Shown: positions 29,920-38,955 of the stretch, one piece after another
Layout: every line of letters starts with the position of its first letter
How positions within the stretch are numbered: position 1 is the stretch's first letter
Virus record (IMG/VR): IMGVR_UViG_3300044962_000005
Span: 1-41,839 of that record
Source: a virus
Direction: 5' to 3' (one strand)
Length of the DNA: 41,839 nucleotides
Program-made: the position numbers and the translations under genes
The notes under the pieces: generated by a model
The model's database searches: none
What the model saw: only the letters and a program-made list of their open reading frames with translations
What the model was told of the DNA's origin: nothing

Positions 29920-31694
29920 TACGGTTTCACCTTCACCGTGAAGCCGCCGACTTTCACTTCCTGAGAGGGCTTGTTCCCCATCGTCGGATGTGCGGGATCA
30001 AACCCGTGCTTCGTGAGCACGGCTTCGGCATCCGGTGACAGCACACGGAACGGATCATTCGGGCCCATCACCTGCCGGTACTGCGCGTTGTAGCTCGCGA
30101 TCTTCGAGCCGAGCGCCGGGATCGCGATCTTCGTGGCGTAATCCACCAACTGTTTGCCGCTCGCACTACTGCTGATCGCCCGCTCGACACTCGCGATCTC
30201 CTGATCCGTCGCCCCGGACTTTTTGAACGCACTCGCCAGCTCGCCCGCCATGATCGACTTGATGCCGTCAAAGTTCGTCGGTGCGGAATCGCCGAACGTC
30301 GTCCGCACCCAGTTGTACGCCTGGTTACCGGGCCGGAAGTTGCCGTTATCGAGCGCCTTCGCGACGTCCACGAACTGATCGAGATGCCCAATCGCCGTAT
30401 TCAGCGAGTTGATCGCTTGCGACTGTGGCCCCGAGGTAAACGCCTTCGCCATCGGCGCGCGACGCGTGAACTCATCCGCGGCATACTCGGGATTCGCGCG
30501 CATGACCTGATCCATCAACGCCTTACCTGCACCAGACGCCACGGATCGCGAGGACGGCGGGGCGAGTCGATATTCGGCAATCGCTTTGGCCGTCGGGCTG
30601 ATCTCGCCGGTTGCGCCCGCCGCCGCTTGTGCGTTGTTGATCTGCACCGAGGCCGGCGGCACGGGCTTGATCCTGGCGATGGCGTTCTCGATCGGCTTTC
30701 CAGAGAGATCCGTCACGGTGCGCGTTTTCGGATCCACGAACACCTTGGCCGGTCGACCGTCCAGCAGCACGTCTTTCCACTCGTTCGACGTGACCGGCGG
30801 GGGCTTCAGAATCGCCATCGCCCCTTTGGCCGCCGCGTCGCCTTTCGCAGCCTCGAGCGCCAGCGTGGCTTCGGTCGGTTTGTCGGGCACCACATTCGAC
30901 GCCGTCACCCGTCCGTAGCGGTCCACTTCCTGCGCGTCTTTCCCGAGCGTCTTTCCCTTGTCGATCTTCGCCGCCGCATCCATGAACGTCGTCAAGGCGG
31001 CCTGTTGCTGGTCCGGCGGCAGACTGGCGATCTTGTCTTTGATCTGCGCGTACTCCTGCGGCTGGATCCGCTTCGTCGCGATCGCTGGCTGAATGACGAA
31101 GTCCATCGCCTGATCGACGGGCATCCCCATCTTCGTCAGCTTGAGCACGCCATCCGCGAGATCGCCAAACATCACCGTTTTGACTTGCGCCGCCTGTTGC
31201 TCGAGCGCGGTGTGCTTGGTGATCGAGTCGTTGATCGACTCCGCGCCTTTGAGCAGTTCCGGCGCGAGATGCCCCATCCCGCTCTTGGCGAGCGCCTGCG
31301 TCAACTTCGGAACATCGAACAAGCCGTTCGCGTCGGTATAACTCTCCTGCCGCGGTCCCACATGACCGGGCGGCAACTGATCGCCGCGCATCAACGTATC
31401 GAGTTGCGCCTGACCGGCTTGGTGCGCTTTGGCGTCCGCGATCTGCATGTCGCGGATCTGGCCGATCTGCTGCTGTTGCCGCGCGTCCTGCATCTGCTGC
31501 GGGATCTGCCCGACGGCGTGCCCGATTTGATTGATCGCCTGCCCCCAGACATCGCCGGAGGTGCGTGTGGCCTGCGCTTGCGCCTGACTGGCCTGCATTG
31601 CCGCGTTCGCGCGGATCTCCGCCGCACGTTCCATCATCTGCGCGATAGAACCGACAATGGCGCGATTGTTATATTGCTGATATTCAAACGGCAT
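29919..31694 (-). CDS. Large internal virion / ejection protein candidate (591 aa)
   Basis: Assigned by size and position. The N-terminus is Q/A-rich. TAATG-type junction with the upstream HNH gene. Confidence 0.6.
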   Translation of the reverse strand: MPFEYQQYNNRAIVGSIAQMMERAAEIRANAAMQASQAQAQATRTSGDVWGQAINQIGHAVGQIPQQMQDARQQQQIGQIRDMQIADAKAHQAGQAQLDTLMRGDQLPPGHVGPRQESYTDANGLFDVPKLTQALAKSGMGHLAPELLKGAESINDSITKHTALEQQAAQVKTVMFGDLADGVLKLTKMGMPVDQAMDFVIQPAIATKRIQPQEYAQIKDKIASLPPDQQQAALTTFMDAAAKIDKGKTLGKDAQEVDRYGRVTASNVVPDKPTEATLALEAAKGDAAAKGAMAILKPPPVTSNEWKDVLLDGRPAKVFVDPKTRTVTDLSGKPIENAIARIKPVPPASVQINNAQAAAGATGEISPTAKAIAEYRLAPPSSRSVASGAGKALMDQVMRANPEYAADEFTRRAPMAKAFTSGPQSQAINSLNTAIGHLDQFVDVAKALDNGNFRPGNQAYNWVRTTFGDSAPTNFDGIKSIMAGELASAFKKSGATDQEIASVERAISSSASGKQLVDYATKIAIPALGSKIASYNAQYRQVMGPNDPFRVLSPDAEAVLTKHGFDPAHPTMGNKPSQEVKVGGFTVKVKP

Positions 31695-32141
31695 TTAGGC
31701 CGCCTCGCCGCGCGAACGTTCGTAACACCGTTTCGCGGCTGCGCGCTGACAGGTGCGACACCGCCGAGCGCCCTTCTGACTGTACGCATCGTCGTAACTG
31801 TGTCCGTTCACGCAGTGAGTACGCCGACGGAGCACATCGTGACCGAGATATGCGTTGAGTCGCACGTCACCACGACGACAGTTCTCTGCGTGCGTCACCG
31901 GTTCCAAATGCGTTGGATTCACACACGCGCGATTTCGACAGAGATGATCGATTTCCTTGTCCTCTGGAATAAACCCGATGAAGTGCTCATAGGAGAGACG
32001 ATGCGCGAGCTTTGAACAGGTCGGATTCTGCGCGACAGTGAACCGGCCGTACCCACCTTTCACGCGCACACCGATCCAGATCCAGCACGCGCCGGACATC
32101 TCGATCTTCGTGTAGAATCGCGCGAAAAGTTTGTCAGTCAT
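31695..32141 (-). CDS. HNH (HNH_3-type) homing endonuclease
   Basis: GYGRF...LAHRLSYE...IDHLCRNRACVNPTHLEPVTHAEN, with a Cys-rich C-terminus. Confidence 0.85.
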   Translation of the reverse strand: MTDKLFARFYTKIEMSGACWIWIGVRVKGGYGRFTVAQNPTCSKLAHRLSYEHFIGFIPEDKEIDHLCRNRACVNPTHLEPVTHAENCRRGDVRLNAYLGHDVLRRRTHCVNGHSYDDAYSQKGARRCRTCQRAAAKRCYERSRGEAA

Positions 32142-32144
32142 CGT

Positions 32145-32939
32145 CTAGCCATTGGCCAGCATCCAGGCATACCTGCGCTCTTCATCGGCGCGATGCTGTC
32201 GGTCTGACACTTGTGTTTCCCACTGTTTCATTTGTGGGGCGAATTGGTCGAGCGCACTTTGATACGAAAGATCGTACGGATCTTTCGTCTGTGTTTGGTA
32301 ATTCGTATTGTACGTGTCTAATGCGTTCCCGCGGTTCGTCTTGTACGTGTTCGCGGCGCGGTCCCAGACGTTCCCGTACTCCTGCGTCGCGAAGTTCTGG
32401 TTGTAGTTCAAAAAATCCTTGAGGGTGCCGCCGGTGTTGAGCAGGCCGCGCGCCGCGCGATTGTTCAAGAGCCCTTGTTCGCCCTGCTGCAACCGAAACT
32501 GATAGCCGGGATCGTTCATCACCTCCGCGCCCGTTGGCGCCATGAACGCGTCGTAGGAAAACGCCGGAGGCGGGGTGTACGCGGGCGGCGTAAATCCCGG
32601 CACCGGTGGCAAGGTGTAATCGCCAATCGTGCCGCCGGGCGGCGGCCCACCACCCGGTGGAGGCGGTGTCGTCGTGGGGGGCGGCACCGTCGGCGTGATC
32701 GGTGGCACGCCTGGCGTCGGCTGATCCGGCGTCCACGGATTCGCGGATCCCGGCGCCCCAGGCGTCGTCGGCCCGTAGATGATCTGCCCTGAGTTCGGGC
32801 CGTAGCTCGCGCCCGGCGGCAGTTCCGGCGGCCACGGCATATTCGCAGGCCACGTCGCTGGCTTCGGGCCTTCCCACCACGGCGTCGGTTCTGTCGGCGC
32901 CGGATGTTCGCCCGTGCCAATCGGATCGTAGTTGGCCAT
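32145..32939 (-). CDS. Proline-rich virion protein candidate (264 aa)
   Basis: The N-terminal ~130 aa are extremely Pro-rich (PPPTTTPPPPGGGPPPGG). The C-terminal half is N/Q/Y-rich. Confidence 0.6.
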   Translation of the reverse strand: MANYDPIGTGEHPAPTEPTPWWEGPKPATWPANMPWPPELPPGASYGPNSGQIIYGPTTPGAPGSANPWTPDQPTPGVPPITPTVPPPTTTPPPPGGGPPPGGTIGDYTLPPVPGFTPPAYTPPPAFSYDAFMAPTGAEVMNDPGYQFRLQQGEQGLLNNRAARGLLNTGGTLKDFLNYNQNFATQEYGNVWDRAANTYKTNRGNALDTYNTNYQTQTKDPYDLSYQSALDQFAPQMKQWETQVSDRQHRADEERRYAWMLANG

Positions 32940-33677
32940 CTACGCTCTCCTCAAATAGCTGCGCAACGTCGACGGTGCCACGTACGGATCGGTCGGCATC
33001 CCCGGCCGTACCACCGGCATATTGGCCATCTGCGCCAACGTGCCCATCACGCTCCGTCCGCCACCGCCCCCACCCGCTTGCGGTGCCAACATCTGCCACT
33101 TCGCATTCGGACTGCCGACGTTCTGGATCACGTCCAACCCGCCGCCACCGCCAAAGTTGATGAAGTCATCGCTTGGCAGATTGCCGGCGTGCGTGGCGCG
33201 GGTCGCGGAGATCCCGGCATCGTTCAGCGCCTTGATCACCGTCGGCAAGTTCTCGGCTGTGGGGGCGAGCCCTTGCGTCACCTTGTTGAAGATGTCGGCG
33301 ACGCGCGGATCGGTCGACCCACCGCCGCTGGTCGGTCCTCCCACACCGGTCGCGCCGCTCGAGACGTAGCCGGGGATCGGGCCACGATTGCCAAGGCCCA
33401 TCATCTGACTCAGGGAGCCGAGGCGGTTTTCTCGCGCGGCCCACTGGTCGTAATTCGCGCGTTGGGTGAGCTCGAAGCGACGCGCATCTTCGGCGGCTTG
33501 CTGTTTCTGGAAGTTCAGCGTGTCGGTATTGCCGCGCCCTTGGATGTCGGCCGCGTAGTTCGCCGAGGACGTCTGTTGCTTTGCCGCGCGGTCGGCGGCA
33601 CTGCTCGCCTTGTGAGCGCCGTAGGCGGTCGCCGCAGCCGAGACGCCCGCGACCGCGAGCGGAATGAGTGCAGGCAT
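32940..33677 (-). CDS. Gly-rich virion protein candidate with an N-terminal hydrophobic segment (245 aa)
   Basis: MPALIPLAVAGVSAAATAYGA, then Gly runs (GGGGG, GGGGGG). Confidence 0.6.
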   Translation of the reverse strand: MPALIPLAVAGVSAAATAYGAHKASSAADRAAKQQTSSANYAADIQGRGNTDTLNFQKQQAAEDARRFELTQRANYDQWAARENRLGSLSQMMGLGNRGPIPGYVSSGATGVGGPTSGGGSTDPRVADIFNKVTQGLAPTAENLPTVIKALNDAGISATRATHAGNLPSDDFINFGGGGGLDVIQNVGSPNAKWQMLAPQAGGGGGGRSVMGTLAQMANMPVVRPGMPTDPYVAPSTLRSYLRRA

Positions 33678-34045
33678 CAGCCTTCTCCTCGTACCGGCAC
33701 GGCATACGCCTCACCGGGTAATGGCGTCGCGCCGACATGCGCCAGCAACGTCCGCACACGATCATCGACCGCCGCCGTGAGCACGACGCGAATCCCGAGA
33801 TCCCACGCGACCCGCTGCACCGCAGCCCAGAGTCGGCCCGCCACCGTCCCACGGCCTCGAAGCGCGGGCGCGATCCAGAGACACTCGACGTGCCAATAGG
33901 GGATCAGCACATGACAGCCGATGATCGCGGCGTCGCGCTCGACGACGACCACGCGCGCCTCTGGTGAGAGATGGGGCCACACCAACTCCGCTTCCGTCCC
34001 GACGAGCCGCGGCCACTCCTCTGGCGGCAGAATGCGCGCGATCAT
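33677..34045 (-). CDS. Small GNAT-family N-acetyltransferase (122 aa)
   Basis: ECLWIAPALRGRGTVAGRLWAAV matches GNAT motif A (RxxGxG/A). ATG 34045 overlaps the upstream stop as ATGA. The longer ORF-track N-terminus lies out of frame over the upstream gene. Confidence 0.7.
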   Translation of the reverse strand: MIARILPPEEWPRLVGTEAELVWPHLSPEARVVVVERDAAIIGCHVLIPYWHVECLWIAPALRGRGTVAGRLWAAVQRVAWDLGIRVVLTAAVDDRVRTLLAHVGATPLPGEAYAVPVRGEG

Positions 34046-34512
34046 CCGACTTGCTCCAACACCACGTCCAGCCGGTACTGCGCGTCCGCGGCTGGCGTGC
34101 TCGCATACGTGACGCTGTAAGTTATGGGCGCCGCGCCGTCCGACCGCAGCAGAAATGTCCCGCTCTGCACGCTCTGGATCGTGTTCGTCGTCAACGCCGC
34201 GAACGCAAACGTCAACGGCACACCGCTTTCCGTCCATCCCACGGTGATCGTCACGGAGCTGTTCGTCGCCGCCGCCTTCGTGATGCGCAGGTAGTACGTC
34301 ACCCGATACAGGCCCGAGAACTGCGTCGCCAGAATCGTCGTCGCGCCAATCGTTGCGCTCTTCGCCGTCAGATGCACCGCGCCAGCCCCTTGCGCCGCCG
34401 ACCCGAGTTGTGCGGTCAGCGTGGAGAGCCACTGATACCACGGTGAGGCAATCAACTCCTTCCCGCCTTCGAGCAGGGGCGCGTAATACGGAATCGGTTC
34501 GCCTTGCGGCAC
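34042..34512 (-). CDS. Hypothetical structural protein (156 aa)
   Basis: GTG with GAGGTGAG upstream; beta-rich T/S/A composition. Confidence 0.65.
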   Translation of the reverse strand: MPQGEPIPYYAPLLEGGKELIASPWYQWLSTLTAQLGSAAQGAGAVHLTAKSATIGATTILATQFSGLYRVTYYLRITKAAATNSSVTITVGWTESGVPLTFAFAALTTNTIQSVQSGTFLLRSDGAAPITYSVTYASTPAADAQYRLDVVLEQVG

Positions 34513-34523
34513 GCACGCTCACC

Positions 34524-35954
34524 TCAGTTGTTGATGTAGCCGTCGATAATTCGCCAGTTCACAATCGGATCGCTGACCACGACTTCAGGCACCCACATGC
34601 GCGGTGAGCCCAACCGCGTCCAGAACACACGCCGCGTGTATTGCCCGACCTTGCCGGCGCTCGCTTGCCGCGCGTTGCTCCAGGTCTTCCCACCATCCGG
34701 TGAGCCGCGAAACATCACTTGCGGATCGCTGCCGAGTCCGCTCTGGAGTCCGAGGCCCGCTTCGAGCAGCAATTCAAACCGCCGCAGCGGGATCCGTTGC
34801 CCGTCGTTCACGAGCACGCCCCCACGCCGCAACCGGCGAATCGCGGAGCCATCCGCTTCGGTCGCGTACGTGATGTCCATCGCCGAGATCACGCTGGTCG
34901 CGGCATCACCGATCAGATGCACTCCGAAGGCGTAGACATGCACCCGCGGCGCCCACACGTCGTAATCCCCGCGGGCGGGATTCCATGTCCCACGTTCGGC
35001 CCATTGGCCCGTCGTCAGATCAAACGCCCATGTCGCATTCGCGGCTGGGAAGCGCAGGATGTAAAACGTGTGCCCCTGATCCTGATAGACCAACGCTTCC
35101 GCATCAGTGATCAGCGCGTCGCGTTGATAGCGCGCCAGGGCGGTGTCGAGCTCGGGGCTGCTGATCTTCTGCGGGCTGTAGCCTTGCGACTGGACGACCA
35201 TCCCGGCGCCGTCTTTGTTCTGCGTCAACCAGAAGCCGACGCCACCGGTAAACGCGAGCGAGGAAGCCGCTGCGATCCCGTAGCCAAGGGTGAGCCCTTG
35301 CCGCGGCGCGAGCGGAAACGGCGCCGTGCCGGGGTCGTACCAGACATCCCCAGTCTGTTCCCCGATCAAGAAAATGTCGGGTGAGTTGACGATCATCGCG
35401 CGCCACGGATCGGGCTGTGCGGCGCGTTCGGCAAACTGCGTCGGATCCCACGCGAGGCCGTTGTTGAGGTCGGAGAGCCGCAACCGCACGCCAACGAGCG
35501 CGAGAAAATAGCCGTCCAGCATTCCGATCGAGCCGACATTGCCGGTCAGGACGAGCGTCAGCGTGTTCGTCGCCAAGTCGTAGCAGTAGGCATTCCCGCC
35601 CGATCCGATCAGCAGTTGTGCCCCGCTCCCGTTGGCGACGATCTGCGCCAAGCGGCTGTCGAGCGCGACCGTGCCGCGCTTGACCGCCGTTTTGGACGCG
35701 AGGAGTTCGTAGAACCCGCCCCCGACCACGACAAACGTCCGGCCATTGACCGACAGACCCGCACGGATTCCGAGATCGGTAATCGGCCCCTGGACGATGT
35801 AGGGCAGAAACCCCGGTGTCGGGTAGAGCGCGGACACGTCTTTCGCGGCGGTGCCGGTCATCTTCTCGACGTACCAGTTGACGGTGCGCTCGGCGTCGGC
35901 AATGACCGATTGCGAGGTCGCGGAGCCGCCGATAAAGCCGGGGACAGCTGGCAT
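34524..35954 (-). CDS. Tail hub / packaged-DNA stabilisation protein candidate (P22 gp10-like, 476 aa)
   Basis: ATG 35954 overlaps the upstream stop as TGATG. Size and repetitive beta-propeller-like pattern resemble gp10-type proteins as I remember them. The first 184 codons of the ORF-track entry are out-of-frame overlap. Confidence 0.55.
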   Translation of the reverse strand: MPAVPGFIGGSATSQSVIADAERTVNWYVEKMTGTAAKDVSALYPTPGFLPYIVQGPITDLGIRAGLSVNGRTFVVVGGGFYELLASKTAVKRGTVALDSRLAQIVANGSGAQLLIGSGGNAYCYDLATNTLTLVLTGNVGSIGMLDGYFLALVGVRLRLSDLNNGLAWDPTQFAERAAQPDPWRAMIVNSPDIFLIGEQTGDVWYDPGTAPFPLAPRQGLTLGYGIAAASSLAFTGGVGFWLTQNKDGAGMVVQSQGYSPQKISSPELDTALARYQRDALITDAEALVYQDQGHTFYILRFPAANATWAFDLTTGQWAERGTWNPARGDYDVWAPRVHVYAFGVHLIGDAATSVISAMDITYATEADGSAIRRLRRGGVLVNDGQRIPLRRFELLLEAGLGLQSGLGSDPQVMFRGSPDGGKTWSNARQASAGKVGQYTRRVFWTRLGSPRMWVPEVVVSDPIVNWRIIDGYINN

Positions 35955-36673
35955 CAGCGGTATCCATCGCTGAAAATGTCGTACCGACCGACTGAGCCAG
36001 TGTCCATGTCGTCGAGTCGGCTGTTCGCGCGTTTCACATCGGCGCGTGCGTCGTGGGCGCGCGCTTCGAGTCCCGGCGGAATCGCCACTTGATAGGCACT
36101 CGCAAGTTCCAGCGCGAGATTCAACCGCAGGAACCGCCGATACCCAGGCGGCAGCGACACCGTATCGCCAGGCGCGGCAAATTCGGTGACGGGGGCATTG
36201 ACGTAGATCACGCCTTGAAGACCTGCCGCGGTGGGAATCGGCAGCGGCGAGATCGTGCCGTAGCCCGTCGTGCCGAACGTCGGGTTGTAATAGAACGCGG
36301 TCGGGTAGGCGCTCGTCATCCCCTTCAACGACCACGCGGCGTACGCCGGTTCCGTCAAGAGCGGCAGCGCGAACTCGTTCACCGGTGAGACGTTGGCGAT
36401 CTGGTAGCCAATCTGCGCGATGGCTTGCGGACTCACCGGACGGGCCACGTTGATCGTGGCGCCGACGCCAATCGTGTACGTCGCCACGCTCGGCGTCAGT
36501 GTCCACGTCACGCGTGTGACGCTGTAAATCGACAACTGCTCCACGGCAAGACCGTCGAGATAGTCGTTGAAGATCCGCAGCGCAAACGCGGAGTCATCGG
36601 AACCGAGGACGGTCGTCGCGTCGGCGACGTTGAGCTCGGCCAGCGCGCCGGTGAGGAGATCGAGCACGGTCAC
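35954..36673 (-). CDS. Head-to-tail adaptor / tail tubular protein A-like candidate
   Basis: GTG 36673 overlaps the upstream stop as GTGA; an alternative GTG lies at 36703. The gene sits directly upstream of the hub-like gene. Confidence 0.5.
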   Translation of the reverse strand: MTVLDLLTGALAELNVADATTVLGSDDSAFALRIFNDYLDGLAVEQLSIYSVTRVTWTLTPSVATYTIGVGATINVARPVSPQAIAQIGYQIANVSPVNEFALPLLTEPAYAAWSLKGMTSAYPTAFYYNPTFGTTGYGTISPLPIPTAAGLQGVIYVNAPVTEFAAPGDTVSLPPGYRRFLRLNLALELASAYQVAIPPGLEARAHDARADVKRANSRLDDMDTGSVGRYDIFSDGYR

Positions 36674-37656
36674 CGTTCGTACCCGCCAAAATTCGCGCGC
36701 CACAGCATCGACGTCGCCGCAGCCGGCGTCACGACGACGCGGATCAGGGTACCGGCCGCAATTGGCACCGGTTCCGCGAAGCTGATCGCGTTGAACTCCA
36801 GTTCGGACGTGGTCGGGTTCATGTCATCCAAGGTCAACAGCTTCGTCGCGGCGGGACTCTCGAGACTGATCGCGCCGAGCACCGACGCAGCGGCCGCCAC
36901 CGCGGTCAACCGGCCATACATGACGAGGTATTGCAGGTAAAACGTCTTCCCCGCGGTGACGGTGTAGGTCAGCACGACTTGATCGGCCGTGACCGCCACG
37001 GTCGTAATCGTCCCGGTCTTCATCACGATCGTCGCGCCGGTCAGCGCGTGCTGAATCGAGATCGGCCCCTGATCGCTGGCCATCGTCACCGCGAGTGACG
37101 CGGCCATCGCTTTCTGTCCGAGCGTCGCCGGCAGCTTCCCGCTCGTCGCCGCCAGCGTCGTTTCTGTGGCCGCACCAGCTGGCAGTGGCAACGCGGCCGC
37201 GCTGACCGGTTGCGTGGCTTGCCAAAATGTCCCGGTCACCGGCGTACTCGGCATCGAGGCCACCGACACCGGCTGTGTCGCTTGCCAGAACGTGCCAGTG
37301 ACCGGATGACTCGGGACACTCGCGAGTGACACCGGCTGCGTGGCAGGAAAATTGTTCACCCCCACGCTCCCGTTGACCGGAATCGCGTTTCCGACGTCGT
37401 TGACGATCTCGACCGCACCGACCACGCCGACATTGCCGCTGATCGTTTGCGTGAGCGGCCAGTTCCCGACACTGACCGCCACCGGCGCCGTGAGCTTGCT
37501 GTCAATCGAGGCCAGCGACGCGTTGCCGGTAACTTGATTCGCGGCGCTCGCATCCCCAGCCCCACCACCAGCCGCAGGCGACGCCGGCACCCACGCGGAC
37601 CCGTTCCACACATGGCCGAGCGATTCGACCGTGAAGCTCGGATTGCCCGTCGACAT
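36670..37656 (-). CDS. Structural protein with internal 21-aa tandem repeats (328 aa)
   Basis: ATQPVSLASVPSHPVTGTFWQ / ATQPVSVASMPSTPVTGTFWQ / ATQPVS. TGATG overlap upstream. Confidence 0.7.
   Translation of the reverse strand: MSTGNPSFTVESLGHVWNGSAWVPASPAAGGGAGDASAANQVTGNASLASIDSKLTAPVAVSVGNWPLTQTISGNVGVVGAVEIVNDVGNAIPVNGSVGVNNFPATQPVSLASVPSHPVTGTFWQATQPVSVASMPSTPVTGTFWQATQPVSAAALPLPAGAATETTLAATSGKLPATLGQKAMAASLAVTMASDQGPISIQHALTGATIVMKTGTITTVAVTADQVVLTYTVTAGKTFYLQYLVMYGRLTAVAAAASVLGAISLESPAATKLLTLDDMNPTTSELEFNAISFAEPVPIAAGTLIRVVVTPAAATSMLWRANFGGYER
37201..37344 (-). repeat. 63-bp tandem repeat, about 2.3 copies, inside the 328-aa structural gene
   Basis: Seen at both protein and DNA level. 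Confidence 0.8.
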
Positions 37657-37904
37657 CAGACCATGCTCAACGCCACCATGACCGTGGCGGTGGTCCCGGT
37701 ACTGTTGACGCGCTTGATTCGGATCGGCAGCATCTCGCCCGCCACCGCCGTGAAGTTCACGACCGTGTTGTCCTGAAACACCGCCGCCACGACACCCGCG
37801 CCCCCGACATAGATCGCATCGGGCAATGGATCGCGCGCCGGGTCCACGATATTGACCGTATCGCTTGTCACGATCGGCACCGCGCGGTTATACGGAACGT
37901 CCAT
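37656..37904 (-). CDS. Hypothetical protein (82 aa)
   Basis: ATG-initiated ORF tightly packed in the operon. Confidence 0.65.
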   Translation of the reverse strand: MDVPYNRAVPIVTSDTVNIVDPARDPLPDAIYVGGAGVVAAVFQDNTVVNFTAVAGEMLPIRIKRVNSTGTTATVMVALSMV

Positions 37905-37908
37905 CGGT

Positions 37909-38472
37909 TCACTCCGTCGGTGTCGGCGTCACCTTGCGCCGATACGGCCGTTTCTTCGGCGCTTTGAGCGTTGGCAGATGTTCGTGTGTCTCCGCTTCCG
38001 CCGCCGCCATCTCCGCTTGCGCCTTCGCACTCATCCGCTGATCGGTATAGGCGCGCTCGGCGGCGAGGTTGCCGATCGTGCGTTGCTCTTTCTCGTATTG
38101 CTCGAGCGCGTCGGTCACGGAGTTGCGCCACCCATCGGTTAGCGCGCGGCGGTGCTGCGACTCTTCCTGCACGATCAGCGTGCACCGTTTGTTGAACTGC
38201 TCGACCTCCTGCACCGCGCGGTCGTACTCAGGCTGGGTGTCGTAGAACAACGGATCGGGCGGCGCTTGCAGACACACCACTTTCCCGGTGCGTGTGGGGA
38301 GTGCCCGGTAAAGCATCCGCGGGTACTCTTCGTAGCCCGCGGCGCCGTGTCCGAACACGCCGAACAGCGGATCGCCTGGCATCGCGTCGCCGTCCACGAG
38401 CCGATTCTTCGGCGTGTTCCACTTGCGGAGTTCTTTCCCGAGCAGAGAATCCGGACTGATCTGGACGCCCAT
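37909..38472 (-). CDS. Hypothetical protein (187 aa)
   Basis: TAATG overlap with the upstream gene. Confidence 0.65.
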   Translation of the reverse strand: MGVQISPDSLLGKELRKWNTPKNRLVDGDAMPGDPLFGVFGHGAAGYEEYPRMLYRALPTRTGKVVCLQAPPDPLFYDTQPEYDRAVQEVEQFNKRCTLIVQEESQHRRALTDGWRNSVTDALEQYEKEQRTIGNLAAERAYTDQRMSAKAQAEMAAAEAETHEHLPTLKAPKKRPYRRKVTPTPTE

Positions 38473-38870
38473 TACCGCCCTCGTCCTGCGGCCGTCTCGT
38501 CGTGGGCCACCTTCGCCGCTCCACTGGTTGCGGCACTGCCCTTGGCGCGCGCTTTCGTCTCCGGCAGATCCGCGAGCGAATCCACCCAGCCGGACCCGAG
38601 TTTCTTTTCCTGCTCGGCGTCATTGACGACGGTCGCGGGTTGATCCGCGTGGTACTTCATCTTCGGGAACTCGGTATGTGGCGGTCGTTGGAGTTCCTCG
38701 ATCTCGCCCTGGAGTTTCGCGATCTCCGCTTGCCGGTCGGCGACCGTGCCGTCCTTCAGGAGTTTCGCGTGGCGCCCCCGTGCGGCATCGGCGGGGTTTT
38801 TCGGGGCGGCGGCATTCGCCTTCTCGGCGTCGTCGGTCAGTTCGGCGTCGGTCTTTTCCACTTTGGCCAT
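38472..38870 (-). CDS. Hypothetical charged protein (132 aa)
   Basis: ATG-initiated ORF, first gene after the terminator-like hairpin. Confidence 0.65.
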   Translation of the reverse strand: MAKVEKTDAELTDDAEKANAAAPKNPADAARGRHAKLLKDGTVADRQAEIAKLQGEIEELQRPPHTEFPKMKYHADQPATVVNDAEQEKKLGSGWVDSLADLPETKARAKGSAATSGAAKVAHDETAAGRGR

Positions 38871-38887
38871 GTCGGCTCCTGTTCAGC

Positions 38888-38940
38888 ACAAAGAAAACAT
38901 CGGGACGCGCCCCGCCATGAAGGGAGCGACGCGCGTCCCG
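38888..38940 (-). terminator. Terminator-like hairpin after the coat/decoration genes
   Basis: The minus-strand RNA reads CGGGACGCGC, a 20-nt loop, GCGCGUCCCG, then AUGUUUUCUUUGUG. Confidence 0.5.
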
Positions 38941-38955
38941 GTCTGATCGCGACGA

